Source: a virus (Duplodnaviria; Heunggongvirae; Uroviricota; Caudoviricetes). Taken from it: a stretch of DNA of 64,000 bases. Each line of letters begins with the position of its first letter. Position 1 is the stretch's first letter. The notes beneath the pieces were generated by a model. The model saw only the letters and a program-made list of their open reading frames with translations. It made no database searches and was not told the origin of the DNA. The translations under genes and the position numbers were made by a program. Shown here one piece after another: positions 26,372-35,650 of the stretch. Location: the IMG/VR virus record IMGVR_UViG_3300026488_000017, positions 40,396-104,395 of that record; one strand, 5' to 3'.

Positions 26372-29300
26372 CTACTTTTTAGTTAATAATTCTCTTAGTT
26401 CATCTATTTGTTTTTGTTGGTCTTTAACAATATTTACAAGAACAGCAGTTATTTTACTGTAATTCATACCCTGGACTTCACCATCTTCAACAGCAACTAA
26501 TTCAGGAAGAACTTTTTGTACTTCTTCTGCGATGAAACCTACATCAGGTTTACCTGATTCTTTCCAATCGTATCTAACTGCTTCTAAACCATCTAATATT
26601 TCAAAGTGGTTAGTTAAAGGTTCTACATTTTCTTTATATCTGATTGAAGATGTTTCAACTATTGTACCAGCTCTAAAGTTTTGATTAACAGTTAATGACC
26701 CAGCTATTGTTTGTAAAACAGTAGAATCAGTTCTAACTAATTCGGCACTATTTCTTGAAGTCCAAATCTTAGACCAGGGTCTCCAAGTACCATTATAATA
26801 ATTTCTTTTGAATATTGCACCATTATTATTATCTCCGCCCGTTGCTTCTTGTGTACCGTATTGAGTCGTACCTTGATATGTAATATATATTTCACCTGAT
26901 ACTTCTGTAGGTTTATGAACTAATGTGGCTACAAGAGATGTGCTAGCACAAACCCATATTTTACCTGGAGTTTTTAGTGTATCTAAATCAGTATTGCTCC
27001 CTATATTAATAGTTTGGTCTGCTACTTTTACGAAAGCTGTACTATCGTTTCCATCTAGTTTATCTGAATCATTAACTTTACCCAAATACGATAATAAACC
27101 AGTTCTATCTGTAAATCTCATATAGTTGTCTGAATCTGTCGCCGTATTTCTAAAACAGAAATCTGCTGAAGCACTTGGTGTACCTTGAGTAGCATAAGTA
27201 CTCTTAAATAGTCTAGCATTAATATCACCTGATGATGTTCTTGCCGGAATCGTATTAACCGTAGGTGCTGTCGCAGAATTAAGATTGTCTAGTTTATCTG
27301 AATCTGCTGCTTTCGCAGTAAGACCTAAATATTTACTTGATAACTTTGTACCTGCTTCAAACACATTGTCTTCTGCTGCTACTACATTTGCTGTTATAGC
27401 AACCTTATCTTCTACTGTAGCCGTATAGTGTCTAAAATTTAGAGTACCTTGTACACCAAAAGTACTATTATCAGGATGCATATAAGATAGTGCTATGTGT
27501 TGGTCTGTACTAGAACTTCTTAGTGATATAAAATCGGTATTATCATCACTGGCTTTAGTAATTTGTAATGTACCAGTCATTGTATCACCAGAACGAGACA
27601 CAAAATTCGTGTTACATTCTGTTTCTGTATAATATCTACCATCGTGTGTATGCGAATCATTTACGACTGTTACTGTTAAAACTTCATTCGATGTACCATC
27701 AAAAGCGAATGAACCAGTAGCATCACCTGCTAATGAAATTGTTCTATTAGAAGAAAGTTTTGTAGCAGTCGCAGCATTTCCAGTAATATCAGAACTGATT
27801 GTAGTAGGTAATCTTGCATCAGATATAGTACCTGCATTTAGATTAGTAGCATCCCTATAAAATCCAATTGATTGACCATCAAGTAAATCAGCATCTAAAC
27901 CTGAACCTGAACCATCAACATTTTTAAGACCATTAAGAATATCAATATCAGCCATTGTAGCACCTGCAACAGCAGTATCTACTTCAGTTTTAGTATAAGT
28001 AGTTGATTGGTCAGCTTTAAAGCCCAAAAATTCAGAAACAGCTTCTACATCTGCTTTATAATCTAACAAAACATCGGTTTCAATTTTACTATATTTTAAT
28101 GCTAATTTATTATCTACGCTCGTAGTGTCAGCTTTAAGTGCTAATCTAGCGTCTGATTCGCTTTTTGTGTAAGTATATGTTTTATCTGCTTTAAGAGCTA
28201 ATTTACTATCCGATTCTAACGATGTATCTATTAGTGATAAAGAAGCATCTACTTCGATTTTAGTGTATGTGCTCGATTGGTCAGCTTTTTGTAGTAGTAA
28301 CCCTGCTACTTCTGTTTGTGAGTACGATTCGTTTTTCGAATAAGTTGTTGCTATGTCTGCTTTAAGAGCTAAACTAGTACCCAAGTCACTTGTGCTCACT
28401 TTAAGTGCTAATTTAGTATCTACGGAAGTAACATCATCTTTAAGTGATAATTTAGCATCAACATTAGCTATATCATCTTTAAGTGCTAAAGCGGAATCTA
28501 TATCAGATTTACTATAAGAATCAGCTATATCTAATTTAACATCAAGAAGATTGTCTACTTGTGCTGTAGTATAACCACCGCTTGCATCACCTTTAAGTGC
28601 TAAAGCGGCATCCATTTCATCTTTTGTATAAGTAGTTGATTGGTCAGCTTTGAGTGCATCTTGTGAATCCACATAAGTTTTATCAGATTTGAATCCTAAT
28701 GCTACATTAACTTCATCTTTTGTGTGAGTATCTGTTTTATCTGCTTTAAGAGCCAATTTTGTATCTACTACTGTTATATTTTCTTTGAGATTAAGGCTTG
28801 CTGCCATATCAACTGAATTGGCTTTGATAGCTAAGCTATTATCTACTTCAGTTTTACTATAAGTAGTAGCTGTATCTGCTTTACCATTTACTGTAGCTGT
28901 ATCTGCTTTAAGAGCTAATTTTGTATCTACTACTGTTGTAGTGTATGTTGTAGCTGTATCTGCTTTAAGAGAAAGTGCATCAATAGTTGTACTAGCATTT
29001 GCTTTAGTATTAAAAGTGTCATCTACTTCAGATTTAAGGTAAGTAGTAGATTGGTCAGCTTTAAGATTTACTTTATTATCAACCTCTACTTTATCGTATG
29101 TATCTGCTTTATCTGATTTATCATCCATCTGCGAGTCAATTTCTGTCTTAGAATAAGATGTAACTGCTGATGTAGCATTCTCGATTGCAGTGTTTGTTTG
29201 TGCTATAGTGTAAGTATCTGTTTTATCGGCTTTAAGAGTTAAATCAGCTTGTGCTGCTGCTTCAGAATATGTATCAGAAATATTTGCCTTAACAGATAAT

Positions 29301-29716
29301 GCTGCATCCACTTCATTTTTATCATAAGTAGTAACTTTATCTGCTTTTAAATCGTTTGTTGTGTCTGATTGTGATTTAGTATATACTTGCGTTTTATCTG
29401 CTTTAACAGATAATTTAAAAAGTACTTCTTGTTTATCATAAGTAGTGTAATCATCTGCTTTTGTAGCTAATTCTGCATCTACTTCTGCTTTTGTGTAAGA
29501 AAGAACTGCATCAAGCTTAAGAGCTAATTCTGCATCTACTTCGCTTTTATCATAGAAATTAGAACTCCCTGAATCTAGTTTTTTCCAAACTAGAACGCCA
29601 TCTGCATTTAACCAACCGTGTTCACCCGTATCTAAAGCAAACACCATTTCGCCAATAACTGGTGGTTCATTGACTAAGTTTATTTTAGGTTCTCTTCTAA
29701 ATATAATTCCTGACAT
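26372..29716 (-). CDS. large tail fibre protein with tandem fibre repeats and C-terminal intramolecular chaperone (peptidase S74-like) domain
   Basis: about 30 repeats of the type TxYTKxEVDxxLALKAD (phage tail-fibre repeat); C-terminus DVGFIAEEVQKVLPELV...MNYSKITAVLVNIVKDQQKQIDEL typical of the auto-cleaving chaperone domain; HTHDGRYYTETE motif. Confidence 0.7.
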   Translation of the reverse strand: MSGIIFRREPKINLVNEPPVIGEMVFALDTGEHGWLNADGVLVWKKLDSGSSNFYDKSEVDAELALKLDAVLSYTKAEVDAELATKADDYTTYDKQEVLFKLSVKADKTQVYTKSQSDTTNDLKADKVTTYDKNEVDAALSVKANISDTYSEAAAQADLTLKADKTDTYTIAQTNTAIENATSAVTSYSKTEIDSQMDDKSDKADTYDKVEVDNKVNLKADQSTTYLKSEVDDTFNTKANASTTIDALSLKADTATTYTTTVVDTKLALKADTATVNGKADTATTYSKTEVDNSLAIKANSVDMAASLNLKENITVVDTKLALKADKTDTHTKDEVNVALGFKSDKTYVDSQDALKADQSTTYTKDEMDAALALKGDASGGYTTAQVDNLLDVKLDIADSYSKSDIDSALALKDDIANVDAKLSLKDDVTSVDTKLALKVSTSDLGTSLALKADIATTYSKNESYSQTEVAGLLLQKADQSSTYTKIEVDASLSLIDTSLESDSKLALKADKTYTYTKSESDARLALKADTTSVDNKLALKYSKIETDVLLDYKADVEAVSEFLGFKADQSTTYTKTEVDTAVAGATMADIDILNGLKNVDGSGSGLDADLLDGQSIGFYRDATNLNAGTISDARLPTTISSDITGNAATATKLSSNRTISLAGDATGSFAFDGTSNEVLTVTVVNDSHTHDGRYYTETECNTNFVSRSGDTMTGTLQITKASDDNTDFISLRSSSTDQHIALSYMHPDNSTFGVQGTLNFRHYTATVEDKVAITANVVAAEDNVFEAGTKLSSKYLGLTAKAADSDKLDNLNSATAPTVNTIPARTSSGDINARLFKSTYATQGTPSASADFCFRNTATDSDNYMRFTDRTGLLSYLGKVNDSDKLDGNDSTAFVKVADQTINIGSNTDLDTLKTPGKIWVCASTSLVATLVHKPTEVSGEIYITYQGTTQYGTQEATGGDNNNGAIFKRNYYNGTWRPWSKIWTSRNSAELVRTDSTVLQTIAGSLTVNQNFRAGTIVETSSIRYKENVEPLTNHFEILDGLEAVRYDWKESGKPDVGFIAEEVQKVLPELVAVEDGEVQGMNYSKITAVLVNIVKDQQKQIDELRELLTKK
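28036..29554 (-). repeat. internal degenerate tandem repeats (coding, roughly 54-66 nt units) within the tail fibre gene
   Basis: recurring ...gctttaagagctaatttagtatctac... units on the plus strand. Confidence 0.55.
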
Positions 29717-29765
29717 ATCTTATACCTCGTATTTTATAGGTATTTATACGGGAATAAAGAAGAGG

Positions 29766-30236
29766 TTAAGGATTAGAGTTTGGTGGTGTACTATCTGCTT
29801 CACAAGTATAAGGCGTAGCCGTGATGTCGTTACCGTCACGAAGCACGAGATTCCCATCGTTATCATTTCTACAGCCGTTATCAATAATTTCTATACCTGA
29901 CTTAAAATAAATCGAGTGTCGTGTAATATCCTCTTTCCATTGCTCATCCCAAAGGACTTCGAAAGAATTCTCAAATATTGATTCCAGCTGAGCATTAGTT
30001 AGTGTACTTGATAAAATATTTGTGTAGAAACCTTGTAAGAAACATTTTGGTGGTGTTGTGAGAGTTGCTGTTGCTTTCCCATCTGTGATTCTCGAAACAG
30101 CCGTGTGGAAGGCAGGTACAAATTCATCTGAATAAGTGTACCTTTCTTCTGTTGGGAAGTAGCTTATGTGCGGGACCTCATCGAATTCGGTTTTAGTCGA
30201 ATCACCTCTAACTAAATATACTGTAATCTCAGCCAT
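29766..30236 (-). CDS. hypothetical protein
   Basis: ORF. Confidence 0.4.
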   Translation of the reverse strand: MAEITVYLVRGDSTKTEFDEVPHISYFPTEERYTYSDEFVPAFHTAVSRITDGKATATLTTPPKCFLQGFYTNILSSTLTNAQLESIFENSFEVLWDEQWKEDITRHSIYFKSGIEIIDNGCRNDNDGNLVLRDGNDITATPYTCEADSTPPNSNP

Positions 30237-30262
30237 AGAATACCTCTTTTAGAGTTATTTAT

Positions 30263-30508
30263 CTATTTTATTCTCTGTGAGGTCAAAGAAATCTTACCAG
30301 TATCTTTAAAATATACGAATTCTACCTGGAACCCGTCTTGTATATAAACATCGTGAACCACTTCAGACAAAAATTCTACATCTGCATCCATTAAAGCACA
30401 GACTTTTTCTGATAACGAATATTCTCTTTCGAGAACAGCTAACATATCTGTTAATGCTTGAAAAGTTGCTCTGTGGTCTTCGTTGGGTAGCTTAAATTCT
30501 ATTTTCAT
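30263..30508 (-). CDS. hypothetical small protein
   Basis: ORF; 4-nt overlap with the upstream gene. Confidence 0.35.
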   Translation of the reverse strand: MKIEFKLPNEDHRATFQALTDMLAVLEREYSLSEKVCALMDADVEFLSEVVHDVYIQDGFQVEFVYFKDTGKISLTSQRIK

Positions 30509-31059
30509 TTAATAATCTTATCTAAGAATGCTTTAAATTCTTCATCATCATTGTATTCTAATACTATTTCTTGAAGACGGTCGAAGGCATTATCATAATC
30601 ATCAACACCATCACGAGAGCTCATATAATCGAATGAGATTTTATCATCCAAATAAAACTGAAAGGATTTTTCATCACGGACACCAAGAACATTTTTAATA
30701 GATTTGAGAGCTTCATCGTATAGCTCTCTCGCTTTGTCACGATGTGGTGAGTATGATAGTTTCTCTTCGGTAATGTATCCAAACACTTTCTTGGTACCTC
30801 TATGTGTCAATGCTCGTACACTCACATAACCTCCATAGGCAATATCTACTTCGCCTGGTTGTGTAGTAGAACCATTCACTACACTTGGTTCATTTTTGAA
30901 TCGTTCATAACCTGGTCTATCATTCCCGTATTTCTCACACATTTCTGTATTGAGGGTCATAGAGGTTTCATCGCCATCGTAATACAAATATTTGTAGTTA
31001 TAAATCGTTTCTTTTCGTAGATTTTTCATTTCTGTTTTAATATCTAAAAAGTTTCTCAC
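30505..31059 (-). CDS. hypothetical protein
   Basis: ORF. Confidence 0.4.
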   Translation of the reverse strand: MRNFLDIKTEMKNLRKETIYNYKYLYYDGDETSMTLNTEMCEKYGNDRPGYERFKNEPSVVNGSTTQPGEVDIAYGGYVSVRALTHRGTKKVFGYITEEKLSYSPHRDKARELYDEALKSIKNVLGVRDEKSFQFYLDDKISFDYMSSRDGVDDYDNAFDRLQEIVLEYNDDEEFKAFLDKIIK

Positions 31060-31229
31060 GAATTATCCTTTTCAACATATTCTTTAAGGATGTAAATAGT
31101 TTCATTAGCAAATTTCACTTTGTATTCTTGTTCTGCTACCTCTACAATAACACCTTTGATGTCTGAATTAATCAACATTTCGGGTGTCTGTACATATAAT
31201 GTTTTTACTTTATCTCCAAGATATAACAT

Positions 31230-31481
31230 TTAATCTCCTTTGATGTTTTTACTGAATTTGCTTCTCAGTAAATCTATTTTATTTGCTTGAGAGAATTTTT
31301 GATTATCTCTATTTAATTCTTGTTTCCAATACATTTCCAAACCCGTATAGATAAATCTTTTTTCATCGTGGTTTAAAGTGATTGTATTATCATACTTTTC
31401 CTGAAGGTCTTCTAAGTCCATTTTCAGGTCTTCGATTTGTTGTTTGTATTTTCTGCATTTTTCTTGATGTGATTGTTTCAT
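31230..31481 (-). CDS. hypothetical coiled-coil protein
   Basis: ORF. Confidence 0.35.
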   Translation of the reverse strand: MKQSHQEKCRKYKQQIEDLKMDLEDLQEKYDNTITLNHDEKRFIYTGLEMYWKQELNRDNQKFSQANKIDLLRSKFSKNIKGD

Positions 31482-31528
31482 AAGTATCCTTTAGAGTGCC
31501 ACTAAAAGAAGTGACACTAAAAGAACAG

Positions 31529-32461
31529 TTATTTACTAACTTGTCCTAAGTCGATAATCAGGCCTGAATTTCCAGCCTGAACCTTTGATTTAACACCATC
31601 CCATTTTGTAATAGCATTGTTTCTAAGAATTTTCTCTGTCAATGAAGCAGATACTAATCTATTTGCCTTTGCTTGAGCAGTCGCTTTAACAAGAATCGCA
31701 TTTGCTTGTCCCTCTGCCGCAATCTTCACTGCATTAGCAACACCTCTAGCCTTTTCTTCAACTGATTTAGCCTCATTTTGAGCCTTAACAATAAGTTCTG
31801 CTGATTTAAGAGCATCTTGTTTTGCGACTTGAACTTCTTCTTGTTTGTCACGAATCTTTTGTGGTACGATAATATCTTTCAGATTAATCTTAACCAATTT
31901 GAAATACGGATTCTCTGCATAAGATTCATTTAAGTAACCAGTAAGTGTTTTTTCAACCTCTCCACGCTTGTCCATAATCGAATCGACTTGAAATTTTGAA
32001 ATAGTACTCTGTACTGCATCACGATTTGCTTGTAAAACTTTCTTATAGAAAGCATTATCAAAGTCGCCATCTGATTTATACATTTCGGCTAGTTGGTCAG
32101 CAACTGGTTTAACTTCGATACTAAGAGCTAACTTAATCGGGATACCTTTTCTGTCAAGACCTTGTAATACTGGTTCAAATAGTAACAATTCTGAATCTTT
32201 TTTCTCTGCTTCTGTACGAGAATAGTTAATCAACTTAGGTCTAATTGTATTAATATCTACACTCTGATAGATAGGAATAAAAAAGTGATAACCGGGTGTT
32301 AATTCTGTCATATCATATTTTGTACCTGTTTTAAGTACTGCTCTTTCTCCATCATTAACGATAGCGAAACCTGTTTTTGTAAGTGCCATTGTACCTAGTA
32401 CAAATAATGCTATAACTAATGCTACTGCACTACCCATAACTGTTTTGATAATTTTCTGCAT
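31529..32461 (-). CDS. SPFH/band-7 (prohibitin/HflC-like) domain membrane protein
   Basis: N-terminal TM anchor followed by AIVNDGERAVLKTGTKY...YHFFIPIYQSVDINTIRP and a C-terminal Ala/Lys-rich coiled coil, the typical SPFH architecture. Confidence 0.55.
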   Translation of the reverse strand: MQKIIKTVMGSAVALVIALFVLGTMALTKTGFAIVNDGERAVLKTGTKYDMTELTPGYHFFIPIYQSVDINTIRPKLINYSRTEAEKKDSELLLFEPVLQGLDRKGIPIKLALSIEVKPVADQLAEMYKSDGDFDNAFYKKVLQANRDAVQSTISKFQVDSIMDKRGEVEKTLTGYLNESYAENPYFKLVKINLKDIIVPQKIRDKQEEVQVAKQDALKSAELIVKAQNEAKSVEEKARGVANAVKIAAEGQANAILVKATAQAKANRLVSASLTEKILRNNAITKWDGVKSKVQAGNSGLIIDLGQVSK

Positions 32462-32470
32462 TTCTTTCCT

Positions 32471-32905
32471 TTATAAAAGAATATGAGGACAGCTATCTAA
32501 TATGTGCCCTCGGTATGTTTGAAAGAATAAATCTTTACCTTCATCGCCTTTTTTATCGATGTTTTTGATTTGTTGTACTATTATATCAAAGATATACTTA
32601 AAATCACCTTCAAAATAAATTTTAAAGTTTTCTACATCTTCGTACTCATCTGTGCTTGTACTATGCACCATTACTATTTCATACTCTATACCATCTTTAA
32701 CATAGGTATTATCAAACGGTGATGGAATTATACTTGTTTTGAAAGTAACAAGATACCACTGGTTTGAATTTTTATCAGCTTGTACGAAACCCAATACTGG
32801 TTTGTGGAGCTCAACGACTGTACCTGCGAAATCTTCTGAATGGTCAAAATAAGTCCTTGTGTACCAGAGATTTCCTGGTGCATCATTAAAGTTGAATTTC
32901 ATCAA
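32471..32905 (-). CDS. hypothetical protein
   Basis: ORF. Confidence 0.4.
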   Translation of the reverse strand: MMKFNFNDAPGNLWYTRTYFDHSEDFAGTVVELHKPVLGFVQADKNSNQWYLVTFKTSIIPSPFDNTYVKDGIEYEIVMVHSTSTDEYEDVENFKIYFEGDFKYIFDIIVQQIKNIDKKGDEGKDLFFQTYRGHILDSCPHILL

Positions 32906-33290
32906 AAACTCTTTTCCCTAAAATGTGTTCTGTATAATATTTACAAATACTCAAATCAGGATAGAATTCCATAGCAAAACTAAATACTATGTCATTACTA
33001 AATAGTAAGTCAGCTAGAGTTACATATTCTTTAGACATTCTGATTTTGCTGTATAAAGTATCGTAAAGCATTACACCGTGAGATACTTTATGTTTCATAA
33101 GAGATTCTATTCTTACCATTTCGACCGAAACATCTCCTTCGAGCTGTAAGTGGAGAATATCATTAGTACCAGTGTATTCAAATTCTACTATTTTTAAGTA
33201 CTTACTAGCTTCTTCTTTACCTTCATATATTTTTGGAACGATTATATCAGTTAAATTTTCTCTTACTTCTGGTTCTTCATTTTTAGACAT
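32886..33290 (-). CDS. hypothetical protein
   Basis: ORF; divergent promoter region upstream. Confidence 0.4.
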   Translation of the reverse strand: MSKNEEPEVRENLTDIIVPKIYEGKEEASKYLKIVEFEYTGTNDILHLQLEGDVSVEMVRIESLMKHKVSHGVMLYDTLYSKIRMSKEYVTLADLLFSNDIVFSFAMEFYPDLSICKYYTEHILGKRVFDEIQL

Positions 33291-33295
33291 ATTAT

Positions 33296-33374
33296 AACCT
33301 TTTCTCTTTATATGTAATATTATAACATATCTAACCTTAGAGCTTTATAAATACCAATAAAATACGAGGCTATT
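33296..33374. promoter_or_regulatory. divergent promoter region, full motif copy plus plus-strand TTTATAAATA promoter
   Basis: ctctttatatgtaatattataacatatctaaccttagagctttataaataccaataaaatacgaggctattATG. Confidence 0.45.
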
Positions 33375-33761
33375 ATGCTATTTACTGAAAAACATATTAA
33401 AAACGAGATAGAAGATATAATTCTTACGCTTGAGAGTACTAAGAACTTAAACGAAGCCGACGCAGAGAATGTATTTGCTCATACTGCATCACAACTAAAG
33501 AACTTGATGCCTTTTTATAAGAAAATGCTAACCAAAGTTAAAATGTACACGAATATTAAGAATTCAGGCAAAGATGCTGAAAGCAATAAAATTATTAGAA
33601 TATACACAAAGAAAAAAGAAGAACTAGCAAATGACTTTGAGCGACTACAAAAAGTCGTTATGGATTTAACTGTGATTATGGATTTAGATGAATTAACAAA
33701 ATTTGCTAAAACAGTCGATAATTTAGAAGCAACAGTAAATAACCATCATTGGGCTAAATAG
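33375..33761 (+). CDS. hypothetical coiled-coil protein
   Basis: first gene of the plus-strand island; promoter-like TTTATAAATA upstream. Confidence 0.4.
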   Translation: MLFTEKHIKNEIEDIILTLESTKNLNEADAENVFAHTASQLKNLMPFYKKMLTKVKMYTNIKNSGKDAESNKIIRIYTKKKEELANDFERLQKVVMDLTVIMDLDELTKFAKTVDNLEATVNNHHWAK

Positions 33762-33802
33762 ATAAATACTGATAAAGAAAATACTAAAGAGAGGAGAATA
33801 CA

Positions 33803-35650
33803 ATGGGTTTAATTTTTGATGATGTCCACAGAATTGCCAATATACCGATTCAGATTGCTATTGCTGGAGAAGATTTATATGTAGGTGATGTAGTAGAATA
33901 CCAAGATTTCGATGAGGCTAATGAACTTGCAATAATGCGTCGTAGAACTGGTAACGATAAAATTGTTGCTGGTGTTGTTGGTAAAAATACAGTAGCGGGT
34001 GATGAGTTCGCTCTAATCAAAGAAGGTAGAATTACTGAATTTGATACTAGTGCTTGGGTACTAGGTGACCTTTTATATCCTAATGCTACGGGTGGAATTG
34101 TAAACTACAAAGTAGTACAAGCTGGTATTATTAATCAGAATATTGGTGCTGTTATTAAGGTTGGTACGACTGACGGTGCAATGGATATTCTTGTTAAGAA
34201 TCCAACCGAGAAAGCTGTTGAAATTCCTTATACGAATACGAATAGTGGTCTTGCTGCAGATAATGTTAAAGATGCAATCGATGAAGTAGAAGCTAGAAGC
34301 GATGTTTCAGAAGACCGTTTACAGACTTTAGAAAATAAGATGGCTGGTATAGAATCAGGTGCAACTCGTGACCAAACTCCAGTAGAAATTAAAACACTTT
34401 ATGAGTCAATGTTAAATACAAACGAATATGATGATGCTGAACAATTCAAAGTAGCTCAAATAGCAGTTACTCAACCAGTAGATTTAGATTTCATTGAGAA
34501 AAAAGATGAAGACCGTAGAAACATTGTTGGTACATTAAGCTTACCTCTAAGTCACATTCCTTTACTAGTTTCTTTAGACTATGCAATAGGTTCAGGTAAT
34601 ATCAAATTCTTTAGAGCACAAAACACTACTCAAGGTACAACTTATGTAGATAGAAACGGTACAGTTCGCTATGCAGACAATGATGAACCTAGATTCGAAC
34701 AAGAAGGTCTTCTTTTGGAAGGGTCTAGCACAAATCTATTTGCTAATTTCATCAAATATGATGATTGGAGTGGTAAAACTATAAATGTTGATTCTAGTAT
34801 AGCTCCTGATGAGAATACAACTGCTGGTACTGTAACTTTTAGTACAGCAAATAATGGTAGAGTTTTCAAAGATGTTTTATCACCTAACTTAAATGGCCAA
34901 GATTGTACTTTCAGTATATGGTTAAGAGGCGTAACGGGTTCAGAAACTTGTACACTAAAATTATCTGATGCTGTTACTGATACAAATAATGCTTCAGAAA
35001 CTTTTACTCTAACGAAATATTGGAAGAGATATAATGTTACTGGAAAGATTAATAATATTGGTGGATATGATGGATACAGATTACAAGTAATAGGTACAAC
35101 GGGAGAGACTGTTAATATATGGGGTACTCAACTTGAAACTGGTGTTCTTATGACATCTTTAATACCTACTTTTGGTGCTACAAAGCAGAGAAATGAAGAT
35201 ATTTGTGAGGTTGATTTCTTAGATAATCTTATGAATGCAGAGAAAGATTATACAATAATGATAGATGTTCATATGCCTAAGCTTAGAACAGCAAACAAAA
35301 TGAGAACTGTTTTTGGAGTTCAAGGTGAAGAACATAGATACTTTAGAGTTTCTAGTACTGGAGATATAGAGACTGCAGGTTTAGGTACAGCTACATCTGA
35401 CAAATATGTTTCTGATACATTCCGTTATATGAATATTTCAAAAGATGGTGTACATACTGGTTATGTTAATGCTGGTGGTTTACTTATTACAGATAAAGGT
35501 ACAAATAACGATGAAGTGACTATAACAGGCACAAGAAAGATAGTTTTAGGTAATGCAGGACACGGTTCTAGTACACCAATGTTTGGACACCTTAGAAATT
35601 ATAAAGTGTACGATTTCGCTTTACTAGATGAAATGTTGAGGTTAGCATAA
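33803..35650 (+). CDS. tail fibre/receptor-binding protein, paralog 1 (lectin-like C-terminal domain)
   Basis: shares the EPRF...G.L.E...TNL...S.D.S.W...SPDGT.N..KI and W/IWG.QLE.G...TSLIPT blocks with the two downstream ORFs. Confidence 0.5.
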   Translation: MGLIFDDVHRIANIPIQIAIAGEDLYVGDVVEYQDFDEANELAIMRRRTGNDKIVAGVVGKNTVAGDEFALIKEGRITEFDTSAWVLGDLLYPNATGGIVNYKVVQAGIINQNIGAVIKVGTTDGAMDILVKNPTEKAVEIPYTNTNSGLAADNVKDAIDEVEARSDVSEDRLQTLENKMAGIESGATRDQTPVEIKTLYESMLNTNEYDDAEQFKVAQIAVTQPVDLDFIEKKDEDRRNIVGTLSLPLSHIPLLVSLDYAIGSGNIKFFRAQNTTQGTTYVDRNGTVRYADNDEPRFEQEGLLLEGSSTNLFANFIKYDDWSGKTINVDSSIAPDENTTAGTVTFSTANNGRVFKDVLSPNLNGQDCTFSIWLRGVTGSETCTLKLSDAVTDTNNASETFTLTKYWKRYNVTGKINNIGGYDGYRLQVIGTTGETVNIWGTQLETGVLMTSLIPTFGATKQRNEDICEVDFLDNLMNAEKDYTIMIDVHMPKLRTANKMRTVFGVQGEEHRYFRVSSTGDIETAGLGTATSDKYVSDTFRYMNISKDGVHTGYVNAGGLLITDKGTNNDEVTITGTRKIVLGNAGHGSSTPMFGHLRNYKVYDFALLDEMLRLA

